DNA of 64,000 nucleotides, taken from NCBI GenBank assembly GCA_049521895.1, contig JBEKOJ010000001.1, positions 290,717 to 354,716 of the forward strand, given 5' to 3'. This document shows, in pieces, positions 1-6,822 of the stretch. This stretch comes from Candidatus Saccharimonadales bacterium. GTDB lineage: Bacteria; Patescibacteriota; Saccharimonadia; Saccharimonadales; UBA10212. Every line of letters begins with the position of its first letter. Position 1 is the stretch's first letter. The notes under the pieces were generated by a model that saw only the letters and a program-made list of their open reading frames with translations, did not search any database and had not been told where the DNA came from. Made by a program: the position numbers and the translations under genes.

Positions 1-63
1 GTCAAATCCTAGCAGCCTATGACTTAACCTAAGTCCTTAATTGTTTAAGTCCTTGGGTTGAGT

Positions 64-89
64 GCCCAACCCGGTTTCCCGGGTTGGGC
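64..89 (-). terminator. GC-rich hairpin downstream of ORF 97..495
   Basis: Perfect 11-bp stem GCCCAACCCGG/CCGGGTTGGGC with a 4-nt loop, 8 nt past the stop. No clear T-tract. Confidence 0.4.
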
Positions 90-96
90 TACCCAC

Positions 97-495
97 CTAC
101 TGCTGCGTCTCTTCTGCGGCGATCGTGCCGCCGCTGGTGTGCTTGTTGCCGCATGCGTGGCAGGGTCCCGCCGGACCGCTCTCACGAGTCCAGCCGGGAC
201 CGTGGTTGTGCCGCCCGATCTCGTCGTACGTGAGCGGGTCGTAGTGGTAGATGCGAGAGCCGTCGGGCATCTCCCAGTACCAACAGCACGCTCCGCAGCT
301 GGTCACGAATTGCACCTGCTGTCCGGCACGCCGCGCGATGGTCACCTCGCTTGGGATGAAGCGGGCACCGCGACTCATGTCCTCGGCGTCGGAACGAGGG
401 AACGTAGCCCCAACGTCCTCGCCGCCGTCGAACAGCGCGTTCTCAAGTAGACCGAAGGCAGCGCTTTCGGTCATGTATTCGTACCTTTCCGGCAT
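97..495 (-). CDS. Hypothetical protein, GC-rich cassette ORF (Cys/His/Trp-containing, no family recognised)
   Basis: 132-aa ORF with GGAG 5 nt upstream of the ATG. Its amino-acid composition is balanced, whereas the overlapping plus-strand ORFs are Arg/Ala/Val-rich shadows. The sampled line 121-180 is 43/60 G+C. Confidence 0.55.
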   Translation of the reverse strand: MPERYEYMTESAAFGLLENALFDGGEDVGATFPRSDAEDMSRGARFIPSEVTIARRAGQQVQFVTSCGACCWYWEMPDGSRIYHYDPLTYDEIGRHNHGPGWTRESGPAGPCHACGNKHTSGGTIAAEETQQ

Positions 496-647
496 CAGAG
501 CTCCTATCTGAGTAGGTGGGGTTCTGGTATCGCTCGCGCGATCACCTTGTTGTCACATCTTCTATGACAGGTTTAACTATAACATAATAGAATAAAATAA
601 TCAATATTGGGTAATCCGGCTGAGAACCTGGCCGAACCCGTCGAAGA

Positions 648-670
648 CTAACCGGCCGCCCCTTTTGAGC
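648..670 (+). repeat. Cassette-junction repeat R1
   Basis: CTAACCGGCCGCCCCTTTTGAGC, with the following base A instead of G. Confidence 0.9.
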
Positions 671-672
671 AG

Positions 673-1041
673 TTATTTAACTGGGTGCCAGAAACATAGC
701 TTATAGCCATCCGAATCTTTGACTATAAATTCCCTGTTGCCCCAGTCCCAACTTTTTGGCTTAGTTGCTGGTGCTATACCGATATTTACTAATTCATCAT
801 ATTTTTCATCAACGTCATCAACACGTATATAGACATACATGCCTTTGCCCTTTTCAGCCGATAAAGAGTCTCTGGCAAATTTTTCTTCGTCCCTCATATT
901 GATTAGCCATATCTCAAAGCCGTCTAAGCTAACAACTGAATGGTTGTCGTCCGAGCGGACGATGTCAAAGCCGAGTTTCTTGTAGAACTTTTCGCTCAGC
1001 TTGTTTTCTTGAACCCAAAACAAAAGGTTTGTTATCTTCAT
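673..1041 (-). CDS. VOC family protein (glyoxalase/bleomycin-resistance-like)
   Basis: 122 aa, with VOC-like size and sequence (FYKKLGFDIV..., ...DSDGYKLCFWHP). The stop codon lies 2 nt from R1. Confidence 0.75.
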   Translation of the reverse strand: MKITNLLFWVQENKLSEKFYKKLGFDIVRSDDNHSVVSLDGFEIWLINMRDEEKFARDSLSAEKGKGMYVYIRVDDVDEKYDELVNIGIAPATKPKSWDWGNREFIVKDSDGYKLCFWHPVK

Positions 1042-1092
1042 GGCTTAAATTTCGCACCACTCCTATCTGACTTCAAGGTCAGATTTACAACA

Positions 1093-1116
1093 CTAATCGG
1101 CCGCCCCTTTTGAGCG
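1093..1116 (+). repeat. Cassette-junction repeat R2
   Basis: CTAATCGGCCGCCCCTTTTGAGCG (one C>T relative to the other copies). Confidence 0.9.
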
Positions 1117-1122
1117 TAGTGG

Positions 1123-1151
1123 TTGCATTATCAACGTTATTATTGTAAAAT
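1123..1151 (+). promoter_or_regulatory. Putative sigma70-type promoter of cassette ORF 1189..2016
   Basis: TTGCAT (1123-1128), a 17-nt spacer, then TAAAAT (1146-1151). AAGGAG at 1174-1179 lies 9 nt before the ATG at 1189. Confidence 0.5.
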
Positions 1152-1188
1152 ATCTTCGACGTTTCCGACGAGCAAGGAGTGACACCCA

Positions 1189-2016
1189 ATGCCGTTGCTT
1201 ACGTGGTACCGCATTATGCGCACCCTACCGGGTGTGGTGTTCGGATTTATCTTCCTCGGCGCCGGCACTTACATTGCCCTCGCCCCTGTCTCCTACCGGA
1301 ACCCCAACAACCCCAAGCTGGTCGCCTACGCCAACAGCATGCACCCAGTCGTAATTGCGATCGGCGTGATTGCCGTGCTGGCAGGACTGGGCTTCTTGTA
1401 CTTCGGAGTTACCAGGTACTTCCGGATGCCGGAATACCTTCGGGAGTTCACATACGAGCAGCTTCGGCTGGGCCGGGCTCTAGCCCGTGAGATTGTCCGG
1501 CTAACATCGGAGAAAGATTTCCACCATCGCTCCGTCAAGTACGACGATGGCTCGGAGGTTAGTCTCTCCGCCTACAGCTACTACGAACGTGGCAGGATGT
1601 CCTGGAGCCGGTCTCTGTTCTACGGATTCGGGGAGACAGTCTCGTTCACTCATGCAAAGCCGCCCACCGAAGTCGATGGAGTACTACACGTACCGGAAGT
1701 CAGGTTCCACATCGACACATTCTCGGGCAAGGGCAGCCGTCACGAATCGGTCGAGCAGTACGAGATCCGGGAGGAGCCCCCAGTCCTCGAAGGTGAGGCC
1801 GCTGAGTTCCTGAAGTTCGCAATCAGGGAAACCGGTACAAGTGAGGAGTGGGAGGAAGAGCTGGAGTCGCTCACAGAGCCCCGATTCACAACCGTCCGTC
1901 TCGATCGCGAAGTCGATGATCCCGGCGCGTACTACAGGTTCATGAGGCAGATGGGGCTGGACAAGCCCTCAGCCGAAGAACTTCGGCTGGCGCTCGATGA
2001 GCTCAAAGGATGGTGA
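1189..2016 (+). CDS. Hypothetical protein with two N-terminal TM helices and an acidic C-terminal domain; GC-rich cassette ORF
   Basis: 275-aa ORF with a strong SD. Hydrophobic stretches VVFGFIFLGAGTYIALA and VVIAIGVIAVLAGLGFLYF. No family recognised. Confidence 0.7.
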   Translation: MPLLTWYRIMRTLPGVVFGFIFLGAGTYIALAPVSYRNPNNPKLVAYANSMHPVVIAIGVIAVLAGLGFLYFGVTRYFRMPEYLREFTYEQLRLGRALAREIVRLTSEKDFHHRSVKYDDGSEVSLSAYSYYERGRMSWSRSLFYGFGETVSFTHAKPPTEVDGVLHVPEVRFHIDTFSGKGSRHESVEQYEIREEPPVLEGEAAEFLKFAIRETGTSEEWEEELESLTEPRFTTVRLDREVDDPGAYYRFMRQMGLDKPSAEELRLALDELKGW

Positions 2017-2023
2017 CGTCACA

Positions 2024-2068
2024 GCCCCGCAAGCGTTTTAATGAAGACGCTCCGCGGGGCGTCTTCAT
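2024..2068 (+). terminator. Hairpin region after cassette ORF (two mutually exclusive stems)
   Basis: One fold pairs GCCCCGC..AGCGT with ACGCT..GCGGGGC. The alternative is a perfect 10-bp stem ATGAAGACGC/GCGTCTTCAT (2041-2050 with 2059-2068) followed by ATATAT. Confidence 0.45.
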
Positions 2069-2088
2069 ATATGGCCACAGGAATTCAT

Positions 2089-2112
2089 CTAACCGGCCGC
2101 CCCTTTTGAGCG
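2089..2112 (+). repeat. Cassette-junction repeat R3
   Basis: CTAACCGGCCGCCCCTTTTGAGCG. Confidence 0.9.
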
Positions 2113-2118
2113 GATGTT

Positions 2119-2847
2119 TTGATATATAATTCGGACATGACCAAAGGTGAGGTCGAGGCGTTGGCTAAAGATGTGCTCGAAAAGATATTCAGAAATAACG
2201 AGCGCAAAGGTCTGATGGCTGTCTATCTCTGGGGTTCGATTATTACCCCAGAGTTTGATCCCGAAAACAGTGACGTAGATGCAGTTGGTATCCTCTCAGA
2301 TGAAGCCATCTTTGCGGAGTTTAATGAAATGCGTAACTGGCTCCCCTCCATCGAGCCAGGATTGAAGCGTTTGCAAATAAATTTTTTCTACTTGAGTGAG
2401 CTTATAGGCGGCCCAGTTCGCAGCAACCTAGCTCGTTTAGCAAGTCCTGAGCAAGCGGTATTTGATTTCCCATACTGGAAGCATGTCTGTGGCAAGAAAA
2501 TTGCAAGCTCGGATTTACCAAAGGTTACTGCCAAGCAAGCTCTTAAAGATCAGGTGGGGCTTACTAAGATGAGAATGGGCTGGGTAAAAGACGGTGCTTA
2601 CGGCGACATGGGTTTGGAATATTTTTGCAAGAGCCTTGTTTGGCTTTGTTATAACATCCACAAATTATCTTCGCCGCCTGAGCGTTTTTCCTGGAAGAGT
2701 CTCGATTCTGAAACGACTGACGAGACCAAAGGGATGGTAGAGGTTTTACTCGATCTCAAATCGAAGCACTGGGCTAAAGAGACTATTCGAGAACAACTTC
2801 CTTGGCTTGAACGAACCGCAAAAACTCTGATCGCAAAGTACTCCTAA
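2119..2847 (+). CDS. Nucleotidyltransferase-domain protein (ANT/AadA-like architecture)
   Basis: Minimal NTase signature G-S-x(n)-D-x-D in LWGSIITPEFDPENSDVDAVGIL. The TAA stop (2845-2847) lies inside repeat R4. The ATG at 2137 is an alternative start. Confidence 0.7.
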   Translation: MIYNSDMTKGEVEALAKDVLEKIFRNNERKGLMAVYLWGSIITPEFDPENSDVDAVGILSDEAIFAEFNEMRNWLPSIEPGLKRLQINFFYLSELIGGPVRSNLARLASPEQAVFDFPYWKHVCGKKIASSDLPKVTAKQALKDQVGLTKMRMGWVKDGAYGDMGLEYFCKSLVWLCYNIHKLSSPPERFSWKSLDSETTDETKGMVEVLLDLKSKHWAKETIREQLPWLERTAKTLIAKYS

Positions 2848-2867
2848 CCGGCCGCCCCTTTTGAGCG
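2844..2867 (+). repeat. Cassette-junction repeat R4
   Basis: CTAACCGGCCGCCCCTTTTGAGCG. Its TAA is the stop codon of the upstream ORF. Confidence 0.9.
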
Positions 2868-2911
2868 TGCTTATGCTTGCAATTTGTGGCACTCAACCAT
2901 AGTGTATTTTT

Positions 2912-3457
2912 ATGGCTAACCCAGAAAAATCTGAACTTATTGTAGAAAGATTACAAACATACACATCCAAAGACGCCGAACAGCTAGGTCTTTTAAGAAA
3001 CGCTCTTAGCTCGGACCGGTCGAGCGATGCGCTTAGCCCTAGAAGAATAGCTTTATTTACAGAGCATGAAGAACGCGCTTTGATTGCCGCAAGAGTGGCG
3101 GATTCTGGAAGAATTGTCGCCTGCGAGACTATAGCGGGCACCCCTGTATTAGAGGCAAGAGAGGAAGACTCGGATATGTTCGGCTGGTTAGGTTTTGTAT
3201 CTACCCTACCGGAAGATCGCAACCTTGGAATTGGCAAGCAAGTTGCAATCGCAGGCATGCGGTGGTGCCAAGACCTTGATATCCGAGAATTAAAATTTAC
3301 ATCCAACTCACATAACACCGAACGGGCAATAGCCAGAGCGACGTATCTAAAATATGGTGCCGTAATCGTTGCCAAGGGCGTTGGCCCAAAAGACACCGAC
3401 ATGTTCAACTGGAGCGTCCAGACTGGCCTAGAAAAACTTACAGCCGGCATTAGCTAA
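2912..3457 (+). CDS. GNAT family N-acetyltransferase
   Basis: 181 aa with an acetyl-CoA motif A-like segment (VSTLPEDRNLGIGKQVAIAGMRW). The TAA stop (3455-3457) lies inside R5. Confidence 0.7.
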   Translation: MANPEKSELIVERLQTYTSKDAEQLGLLRNALSSDRSSDALSPRRIALFTEHEERALIAARVADSGRIVACETIAGTPVLEAREEDSDMFGWLGFVSTLPEDRNLGIGKQVAIAGMRWCQDLDIRELKFTSNSHNTERAIARATYLKYGAVIVAKGVGPKDTDMFNWSVQTGLEKLTAGIS

Positions 3458-3477
3458 CCGGCCGCCCCTTTTGAGCG
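3454..3477 (+). repeat. Cassette-junction repeat R5
   Basis: CTAACCGGCCGCCCCTTTTGAGCG, immediately followed by TATAAT (3478-3483). Confidence 0.9.
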
Positions 3478-3490
3478 TATAATCCGTTTA

Positions 3491-4096
3491 GTGAGAAAGT
3501 TGAATATTCTTATCGACGAAAGTGTGACTCAGGTGGATAAAAAGTCGATAAGAGTTAGTGTATGTTGTGTTGAGTATCTAGACGATGCTATAAAAGACGA
3601 TTTACAAAAATTACAAGACTCTTTTGAAAAAGATGAAGTCAGATACCCAAAAACTGGCAAAAAGATCCACTTCAGTGAGTTAAACATTGTCCAGCAGTCT
3701 GATATTACGGAAATAATCTCTAAATCCGATATCACAGCCAAGGTCTACGTTTACTACTTCTTGGGCATGGATGAAGCGAGAGCAAAGGTCGCTGCGGTTG
3801 AGGCAACTATACACCATGTACAACTTTTACACCGAACCAGAGACATAGACATATCACTAGAGACAGCTCAAGAATATAAAAGCTCGTCCATCTCAAAATA
3901 CTTATCTGCCGAGAAAACACTCTTTATATTTCCCGATGCCATACTTAGCATCTTTTGTAACTTTCTCGGTAATCAAGACCCTAGAAAAACCGCAGTAAGT
4001 TTGCGGCTATATACGCTCATCAGAGAAAAAATTCGCTTGCAGGTTTTTCGATCGTACCCAAAGATAGAATATAATACTAGACTTCGCCGCCTCTAG
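3491..4096 (+). CDS. DUF3800-like protein, candidate retron effector
   Basis: 201-aa ORF directly upstream of the RT. N-terminal NILIDES and later KKIHFSEL resemble the DES(G) and H-x-x-E signatures I associate with DUF3800 (PF12686). This is from memory, not a search. Confidence 0.45.
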   Translation: MRKLNILIDESVTQVDKKSIRVSVCCVEYLDDAIKDDLQKLQDSFEKDEVRYPKTGKKIHFSELNIVQQSDITEIISKSDITAKVYVYYFLGMDEARAKVAAVEATIHHVQLLHRTRDIDISLETAQEYKSSSISKYLSAEKTLFIFPDAILSIFCNFLGNQDPRKTAVSLRLYTLIREKIRLQVFRSYPKIEYNTRLRRL

Positions 4097-4197
4097 ATTT
4101 GTTATACTTCCATTGCGGGGTTGTTGTTCTGCATCAGAATAACATTGTCGACCTCCAGTAAGAATATTTTTCTAGTGCAACCTCGCACTATGTTTCG

Positions 4198-5145
4198 ATG
4201 ATTCATGATTATATCGCCGTCAAGAAAGACGACTTTGATAGCTTTATCGCCAGGCCTGAAGGTTTTTTCGTACGACAAGGTAAGTTAACAAAACATAAGA
4301 ATAGATTTTCCCAAGATTCTATTTCTGTTAAATTTGACAAATTTATTTATAGTCTCTTGAGAGAATATTTAGCTGCAAAGAGACCTGATCAAGGTGCATT
4401 TGCTAGTAAATCAATTTTTCAGCTCGTACAGCCACATAAAAATTATAAGTACATACTCTGTACCGACATAAGAAATTATTTCGACAGAGTTACGTTCGAT
4501 TTAGTAAAAGAAATAATAGGTAGCAAAGAAAGTGTGTCGCGCTGCTTCCCAGAAATTCAAAAAATTTATTTTGATACTGGTCTCAGAAGGGGGCTAATCG
4601 CCTCCCCGTTATTATCCGAGGTTGTAGGACTTAAAATTGATGGTTTAATTTATCAGTTAGTAGGCGGGGTGGGACGCTCTGACTTCCACTATGCTCGATA
4701 CTATGACGATATCAGTATTTCCTCTAACGATAAGAAAAAATTAGAGCAATTATTAGCACAGTTAAGATCCCGGCTACTAAAAGAATTTGCCATGGAGCTT
4801 AAGGACAAAAAAACTTTCATAAAATTTACTCATGGGTCTAAGGTTTTGGGTCTCACTATTCACAAGGGCAACGTGGTCGTACCGGGGAAATTTAAAAACC
4901 GCTTGCGAGCCATAATGGCGGCTTATGAAACTTTACCTGAAGACGACCTTGATAGCACTTGGGATAAACTGTCTGCAGTTGGGACAATAATTGCCTCGCA
5001 TCATTACATCATCAATAACTCAGATAAAGAAACATCCGAGAAATATAGAGCTTCTATCAGTGATTACTACACCGAGCTGACGAGGTTAGAAGAATTAAAA
5101 GATCGCTTTATCCAACAAGAAGCTGGCGAGAACGCACGGCTTTAA
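4198..5145 (+). CDS. Retron-type reverse transcriptase
   Basis: 315 aa. Matches to RT motifs are LCTDIRNYFDRV (cf. xDIxxFFxSI), LRRGLIASPLLSE (cf. LPQGxxxSPxLxN) and the YxDD box YARYYDDISISS. KKTFIKFTHGSKVLGLTI corresponds to the retron VTG region. Confidence 0.85.
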   Translation: MIHDYIAVKKDDFDSFIARPEGFFVRQGKLTKHKNRFSQDSISVKFDKFIYSLLREYLAAKRPDQGAFASKSIFQLVQPHKNYKYILCTDIRNYFDRVTFDLVKEIIGSKESVSRCFPEIQKIYFDTGLRRGLIASPLLSEVVGLKIDGLIYQLVGGVGRSDFHYARYYDDISISSNDKKKLEQLLAQLRSRLLKEFAMELKDKKTFIKFTHGSKVLGLTIHKGNVVVPGKFKNRLRAIMAAYETLPEDDLDSTWDKLSAVGTIIASHHYIINNSDKETSEKYRASISDYYTELTRLEELKDRFIQQEAGENARL

Positions 5146-5178
5146 ATATCTGTGGGTTTGATTATCGAATTTTGATTT

Positions 5179-5392
5179 GCTGCTTTCATCCTAGATTCGG
5201 GCTCGAGCAAACAGATGAATTTTTGTGCTTTATCTTCGGCATCTTTTGAGCCCTGATTTGATGTTGTCAAAATCAGGCGGCCTTGGGCGCTAAAGCATGT
5301 CCGAAGCAAGGCAAAAAGTTGGGGACTTTTTGCCTTGCAAGATCTTTAGCGAGCCTGATTGTGACAACAGCGTGTCACGGCGAGAAAGCAGC
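5179..5392 (+). ncRNA. Candidate retron msr/msd-like structured RNA (strand uncertain)
   Basis: A 9-bp inverted repeat GCTGCTTTC (5179-5187) / GAAAGCAGC (5384-5392) encloses a 108-nt three-tier hairpin at 5262-5369. The tiers are a 17-bp stem with 1 mismatch, an 8-bp stem, and a perfect 14-bp stem with a 5-nt loop. Confidence 0.3.
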
Positions 5393-5404
5393 CGAGAGTT
5401 TGGC

Positions 5405-5428
5405 GACACCTTTTCGGTAAAAGGTGTC
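5405..5428. other. Perfect 10-bp hairpin
   Basis: GACACCTTTT-cggt-AAAAGGTGTC, flanked on both sides by AGTTTGG. Confidence 0.6.
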
Positions 5429-5490
5429 AAAAGTTTGGTACTTTCCAAAGTAGACCTAAGATTTCTGAAAGAAATCCAGATTTTTCAATT

Positions 5491-5517
5491 CTTCCGGCCC
5501 CGCACCTTTTGCAGGCG
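5491..5517 (+). repeat. Degenerate terminal copy of the cassette-junction repeat (R6)
   Basis: cttCCGGCCccGCaCCTTTTGcAGgCG aligns to CTAACCGGCCGCCCCTTTTGAGCG with about 19 matched positions and 4 inserted nt. Confidence 0.45.
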
Positions 5518-5584
5518 CTTTCGCAATCTGATTACTTACTGCTACCGCCCTGAAAAGAAGCGGGACAAGCATAAATCCTTTGGG

Positions 5585-6778
5585 CTAAGTAAAGAAATCT
5601 ATATCTTTGATCTCTGAGGGCAGGAAACCCTCCGGGTGGCGGAAGCCGGCTTCCCATTTGGTGCCTTTACCATACCCCAAATCCTTCATTAGCTTGGTTG
5701 GGGCATTGCGCAGCTGCAGCGGCACGGGCAGGTCGGGATATTCACGGGCAGCGGCTTGGGCCTTGCCCCAGGCGTTATAAGACTCGCGAGATTTTGGCGC
5801 ACGAGCCAGCACCGTCACGCAGTGCGACAAGTTAATTTGGCATTCCGGCATACCAATCCGCTCTACGGCTAGGAACGTAGAAACCGCCAGGTTGAGCGCG
5901 GCCGGGGCAGCCATGCCTATATCTTCAGACGCAAAAACCACCATGCGCCGGGCCACAAACTTTGGATCTTCCCCGGCTTGCAGCATGCGGGCCATGTAAT
6001 ACAGCGCGGCGGATGGTTGGCTGCCGCGCATGGATTTTATGAAGGCGCTGATGATGTTGTAGTGGTTCTCGCCGGCTTTGTCGTAACCCGGCACCCGTTT
6101 TTGCGCGGCCGCCTGCACGACCTCCGCGGTGATCGCGCCCTTAGTCAGTTGCAACGCTAGTTCAAGATTACTAAGTGCTATACGGGCGTCGCCACCGGAA
6201 ATCTCGGCCAACATATCAATGCCCGCCGCCGGCAGGCGTTTAGCGCTGAGCTTTTCGGCCTTGGCTGCCCGTTTAATAATTTTAATGATCTCTTTCTTGG
6301 TCAGCGGCTCTAGGACCACTACCCGGCTGCGACTTAGTAGCGGCGTAATCACCTCAAAACTCGGATTTTCGGTAGTCGCGCCGATTAAGGTAATCAAGCC
6401 TGACTCGACATGGGGCAAAAAAGCGTCCTGTTGAGCCTTGTTAAACCGATGGATCTCGTCCACGAAAAGAATCGTGCGCTGCGGCCCAGCGGTAGTGTTT
6501 CCCTGCTCGTTGGCCCGCGCCCGCTCCACAGTCCGTGTCACGTCAGCTTTGCCGGTATTAACGGCAGAAATCTCAATAAAATCGGCTTTTAGCTCATTGG
6601 CGATAATCCGTGCCAGCGTGGTTTTGCCGCTGCCCGGAGGCCCCCAAAAAATGAGACTGAACGGCTGGCCGGCTTTGACCAGCTGCTGGATCATTTTGCC
6701 CTCGCCCAGGATGTGCTTCTGGCCGACCACCTCTGACAGTTTACGCGGACGCATGCGGTCCGCCAGTGGATGCTCCAT
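5585..6778 (-). CDS. rarA: Replication-associated recombination protein A (AAA+ ATPase)
   Basis: Walker [26 protein letters not shown], and an MgsA-type C-terminal domain. Confidence 0.9.
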   Translation of the reverse strand: MEHPLADRMRPRKLSEVVGQKHILGEGKMIQQLVKAGQPFSLIFWGPPGSGKTTLARIIANELKADFIEISAVNTGKADVTRTVERARANEQGNTTAGPQRTILFVDEIHRFNKAQQDAFLPHVESGLITLIGATTENPSFEVITPLLSRSRVVVLEPLTKKEIIKIIKRAAKAEKLSAKRLPAAGIDMLAEISGGDARIALSNLELALQLTKGAITAEVVQAAAQKRVPGYDKAGENHYNIISAFIKSMRGSQPSAALYYMARMLQAGEDPKFVARRMVVFASEDIGMAAPAALNLAVSTFLAVERIGMPECQINLSHCVTVLARAPKSRESYNAWGKAQAAAREYPDLPVPLQLRNAPTKLMKDLGYGKGTKWEAGFRHPEGFLPSEIKDIDFFT

Positions 6779-6822
6779 GATTCTCTTATTATAGTCCCGA
6801 TCTGAACCAGGCGCATCTTAAA

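Larger units (their letters stand above)
1..5517 (+). mobile_element. Integron-like array of single-gene cassettes delimited by a conserved 24-bp direct repeat (left end truncated by window)
   Basis: Five same-orientation copies of CTAA(C/T)CGGCCGCCCCTTTTGAGC(G) plus one degenerate copy. There is one ORF per interval in either orientation, and GC content differs between cassettes. No recombinase gene is in the window. Confidence 0.55.

Noticed and set aside
58-511. Plus-strand ORFs 58..450, 62..244 and 251..511
   Set aside because: These are Arg/Ala/Val/Pro-rich shadow frames of the GC-rich minus-strand ORF 97..495, which has an SD and a more protein-like composition.
2893-3450. Minus-strand ORF antisense to the GNAT gene
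   Set aside because: It is fully overlapped by a plus-strand ORF with a recognisable GNAT motif, and its composition is Ser/Arg/Leu-rich as in shadow ORFs.
648-3477. The 24-bp direct repeats read as a CRISPR array
   Set aside because: The 'spacers' are 420-970 bp and each contains a complete gene with its own signals. The repeat has no palindromic core typical of many CRISPR repeats, and no cas genes are present.
648-3477. The repeats read as canonical integron attC sites
   Set aside because: Only the leading CTAAC resembles an R'' box. There is no inverse R' (GTTRRRY) partner, no L'/L'' arms and no imperfect palindrome of 55-140 bp. The conserved part is only about 24 nt. The locus is kept as integron-like, not as an integron.
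3455-3483. The junction repeat acting as a promoter (-35 TTGAGC in the repeat with a -10 in the cassette)
   Set aside because: Only R5 is followed by a good TATAAT, and there the spacing to TTGAGC is about 1 nt. In R3 the spacer is 13 nt, and two cassettes are inverted relative to the repeat. The repeat is therefore not a generic promoter.
5297-5617. 106-aa plus-strand ORF in the region after the RT
   Set aside because: It runs straight through at least five perfect hairpins and the degenerate repeat, has no SD, overlaps the rarA 3' end, and has an odd composition. The region is better explained as non-coding and structured.
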